Positions 61,378 to 64,000 of a DNA stretch of 64,000 nucleotides are shown piece by piece. Each line of letters starts with the position of its first letter. The stretch's first letter is position 1. Under the pieces are notes generated by a model. It worked only from the letters and a program-made list of their open reading frames with translations, had not been told where the DNA came from and did not search any database. Position numbers and translations under genes: made by a program. Source of the stretch: a virus. The DNA lies in the IMG/VR virus record IMGVR_UViG_3300005529_000023, positions 112,871 through 176,870 of that record; one strand, 5' to 3'.

Positions 61378-61770
61378 CTATCCGATAAATCGCGATTCGC
61401 CGGGAGTCTCTTCTTTAACGTATTCGGCGCGTTCCGCGATTAGTTTAGCTAGCTTAGTCACGCTATCCTTATCGCCCGATATGCCGATATAAGACGCATA
61501 CCCTAATTCGTTTTCGCGTTGACCGGCCCGCGAGTATCGGCCCGTCAAAGGGTCATTCCCCGTGACTAGGCGGAGTCCTTTCGTTTTCCAGACAAAGGGC
61601 CGTTGATTCAAAGGGTCAACGCGTCCGATCAGTTTATCCGCGCGATAGGGCCGACGACGCTTTGGCTTAGTCGGGAGTCCACACGCTTCAAGTATCTCGC
61701 GAAACACTTTCGCGCCTTGTTTTCCGTCACCGAATGACGTGAGATCAAAACCCCATTGCATTTTAGCCAT
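61378..61770 (-). CDS. Hypothetical protein
   Basis: 130 aa, AAGGTG SD. Confidence 0.65.
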   Translation of the reverse strand: MAKMQWGFDLTSFGDGKQGAKVFREILEACGLPTKPKRRRPYRADKLIGRVDPLNQRPFVWKTKGLRLVTGNDPLTGRYSRAGQRENELGYASYIGISGDKDSVTKLAKLIAERAEYVKEETPGESRFIG

Positions 61771-62095
61771 AAATCACCTTATCCTTTTTATTCCAGCGGT
61801 TTATAATGTCCATTGACCTTTGTCTTGCACGCGTGGACCTTTCACTAATCTCGCGTGCCTTAGCCATGATCACTTTGGAACGTTCGCGAACGGCGTTTGA
61901 CCTTTCGTCAAGGGTCATTTCGTCTAAGGTCAGTGTCACGTTAGGTACAGTTTCAATTGACTGAATCAGGCTGTCAGCGTCTTTAAGTACTTCGTTTAAC
62001 AATTGAAACATGGCTATACTGTTTTCGCCGGTACACTCACGTAAACCTTGCAATTCCGTTGATAATACCTTAGCTTTACGCTTTATTTCACACAT
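61763..62095 (-). CDS. Coiled-coil hypothetical protein
   Basis: Likely start MCEIKRK. Confidence 0.55.
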   Translation of the reverse strand: MCEIKRKAKVLSTELQGLRECTGENSIAMFQLLNEVLKDADSLIQSIETVPNVTLTLDEMTLDERSNAVRERSKVIMAKAREISERSTRARQRSMDIINRWNKKDKVIYG

Positions 62096-62155
62096 GACGT
62101 TCCGCCTTTGAGGGATTAGGGTCCGGGTTAGGTACCCGGACCCCATGCCCGTGGA

Positions 62156-63007
62156 TCACGCCGCGAATTGCATTGCAGCGTCAAACAACTTGCCGTTGAG
62201 ATTGACTAGAGCCTCAGAGGACTCTTTAAAGCGGCGCGTTGACTGATTACGCAGGAATTCCACGCCGTTCGCGTCCACACTCTCAACTTGGTAGCTAAGC
62301 GGGTACCTGATCACGTTTTCCTGTAGCACGTTCGCCACAGTAAACAAGTCAAGTTTAGCGTCGTCATTTCGCCTGACTTTGGCCAAAGCCCTGTAGTTGA
62401 CGTTCAGGGCATTCGGGACACTCTCAAGGCGAATCGCCGCGAATTGCTTGCACAATGCGTCAATTTTCACTGCGTCCATCTGGACACTCTGCATTCTCTT
62501 GACTGCATCGATAAGCTGTGTCCTCTGAGACAGGACATTGAGAATTCCCTGTTGGATATTCTCAGCGGGATTGCCCGTGTGGCGAAAACGGACACACTCA
62601 AAAAGCGTTCCCGTTGCCCAAGCGTTAGCACATACACCGCGATAGAGCCCTAGTCTCAATTCGTCCATGCCGCGTCCAAGGTGTTTCGAGATATAGATAA
62701 TGTCCAGGTTTAACCCTTCAATCTCGAATGCATCCGTTGACCGATACCGGGCAATAGTCCTTTGAAAATCCTTTTTGTCCTCATGCCGACCCTTGCCCGT
62801 GATCACGCTAGTCATGTTGAAACCCCTTTCGGCAAGGGCTTGACCCACGCTAGCCGCTTGAATCACGGCGAATCGATCGGACACTTGGGTATGACGGGAG
62901 TCTTGCAGGTATGACCCTGTAATTCCCATACCGTGAGATCCGAGACGGGAGTTAATGCCGTCCACAGCGAATTCCTGAACTTGATCAATCGAAACGTTCT
63001 TTAACAT
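62156..63007 (-). CDS. DUF932/DUF945-family protein
   Basis: S.RF.VI, GLYR.VCAN, RFRHTG, LFTV.NVLQE. Confidence 0.75.
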   Translation of the reverse strand: MLKNVSIDQVQEFAVDGINSRLGSHGMGITGSYLQDSRHTQVSDRFAVIQAASVGQALAERGFNMTSVITGKGRHEDKKDFQRTIARYRSTDAFEIEGLNLDIIYISKHLGRGMDELRLGLYRGVCANAWATGTLFECVRFRHTGNPAENIQQGILNVLSQRTQLIDAVKRMQSVQMDAVKIDALCKQFAAIRLESVPNALNVNYRALAKVRRNDDAKLDLFTVANVLQENVIRYPLSYQVESVDANGVEFLRNQSTRRFKESSEALVNLNGKLFDAAMQFAA

Positions 63008-63065
63008 GTGAGTATCCCTTTCGTTATCCGCTTATTTCCGTTGCGGCGTTATATTGCTAAGTCAT

Positions 63066-63137
63066 TGCAGCGGCCATGCCAAAGCCAAACACTTAATAAC
63101 ACTAGTATCCGTTTTGAAAAACCTGTAGAACTTTTAG
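63066..63137 (-). promoter_or_regulatory. Sigma54-type promoter with upstream box
   Basis: Minus strand TGGCAT-GGCCG-CTGCA at 63066-63081; TGTAGAACTTTTAG at 63124. Confidence 0.6.
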
Positions 63138-63711
63138 ACAATGATCAAAATGTAAACACTATTTTGGCCTAACCTGTGGAAATGACCTATAAAGTGTCTT
63201 TAGTATTTCGATACACCTACCGCATATAAAGCGATAACCCCTCTCAACGGTTAGCCTCTCTATTCCGCATGTCTCACATTGTACCTTTGGCATGTTATCT
63301 GTAGTTCCCTTATAGCGCGTTCCCTGACCCTGTAGACGCGTATTCCAATCTTATAGGTGTCAGGCTATCCGATCCTTTCAAAGCGTCCTATAGCCGGCCC
63401 GTGACCCCGTAATGGCACGTTAACGGCCCGCGTTCCAATCCCAATGCAACGCGAGACTATTCTAGTCCTTAGAGTGTACCTGTTACGCTATACTGTGGAT
63501 TAGGAAAAATCAATAGTTATGGCTATTTAGCCGAGAGGCGCTAAAAGACTAATAAAGTCAATAGCTTAGTCAGACTGGCTGTGTCATGGGTAACACACGT
63601 CTTTCAAGCATGATTGGAATAGCGGTTTATACGCGCCGCGTATGCAAGGGTCATGCCGAAAACCTGCGTTTTTAGAGCGCGGGTTTTTCTACGTCCACAG
63701 GGATAGAAAAG

Positions 63712-63789
63712 TTATCCACAGCCACGCAACTATACGGTGCGATTGGATTAACGCGAGAGTTATCCACAGGCTATTCAGACTTATCCACA
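63712..63789 (+). promoter_or_regulatory. Cluster of three perfect DnaA boxes
   Basis: TTATCCACA at 63712, 63760 and 63781 in a non-coding region. Confidence 0.7.
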
Positions 63790-64000
63790 TGACAGAGCGC
63801 TCCGCGCCTATTAACGGGATTCGCCGTCATAAGCTTTAAGCATTTAGGGCAATTAACTTTACTCCGCTGTGGCGTCCATTCCTTGCCCTCGATTTTGACA
63901 CCGCATGGGATTTTCCATACCGTCGCGGATATCCGCCTTGCATAGTGTACTCGCATGGAAAACTCCCTAGTCCTGGAACGGCATAACGCCGCATGCTAGA

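Noticed and set aside
63642-63956. Track ORFs 63642..63839 and 63771..63956
   Set aside because: No SD or motifs, and they overlap the DnaA boxes; the minus-strand one (CxxC) might be a real small gene but is unsupported.

Overview
The window is a 64-kb segment of a large contractile-tailed (myovirus-type) bacteriophage genome in the standard genetic code. No host, rRNA, CRISPR or transposon features were seen. Layout: (1) 1-9.6 kb, minus-strand accessory and metabolic genes (DNA ligase, 2OG-Fe(II) oxygenase, PTP-like phosphatase, NADAR, a NARP1-like Prs/Nampt pair), an M15 endolysin, and a block of tRNA and tRNA-shaped RNAs at 5.4-6.0 kb. (2) 9.9-30.7 kb, head, neck and tail morphogenesis (inverted prohead protease, scaffold, major capsid, sheath, tube), including a protein with an N-terminal mCpol-like domain. 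(3) 30.8-33.5 kb, 18 tRNAs plus an armless tRNA minihelix. (4) A 1492-aa repetitive fibre and a holin/spanin-like block. (5) 43-64 kb, minus-strand early and accessory genes (Thg1-like protein, HicA-like, kinase, CoaD, rIIA/rIIB, CheY-like), ending in a non-coding region with DnaA boxes. Main candidates for new biology: a Thg1-like 3'-5' polymerase together with tRNAs whose acceptor-stem mismatches lie only at positions 1-4 (possible phage tRNA 5'-editing or repair); a possibly virion-packaged mCpol nucleotide cyclase; a two-member family of large tRNA-shaped ncRNAs; an AATCTT late-promoter motif that would give leaderless mRNAs; and sigma54-type early promoters with a conserved upstream box. 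All coordinates, pairings and family calls were made by eye, without database searches or folding software.
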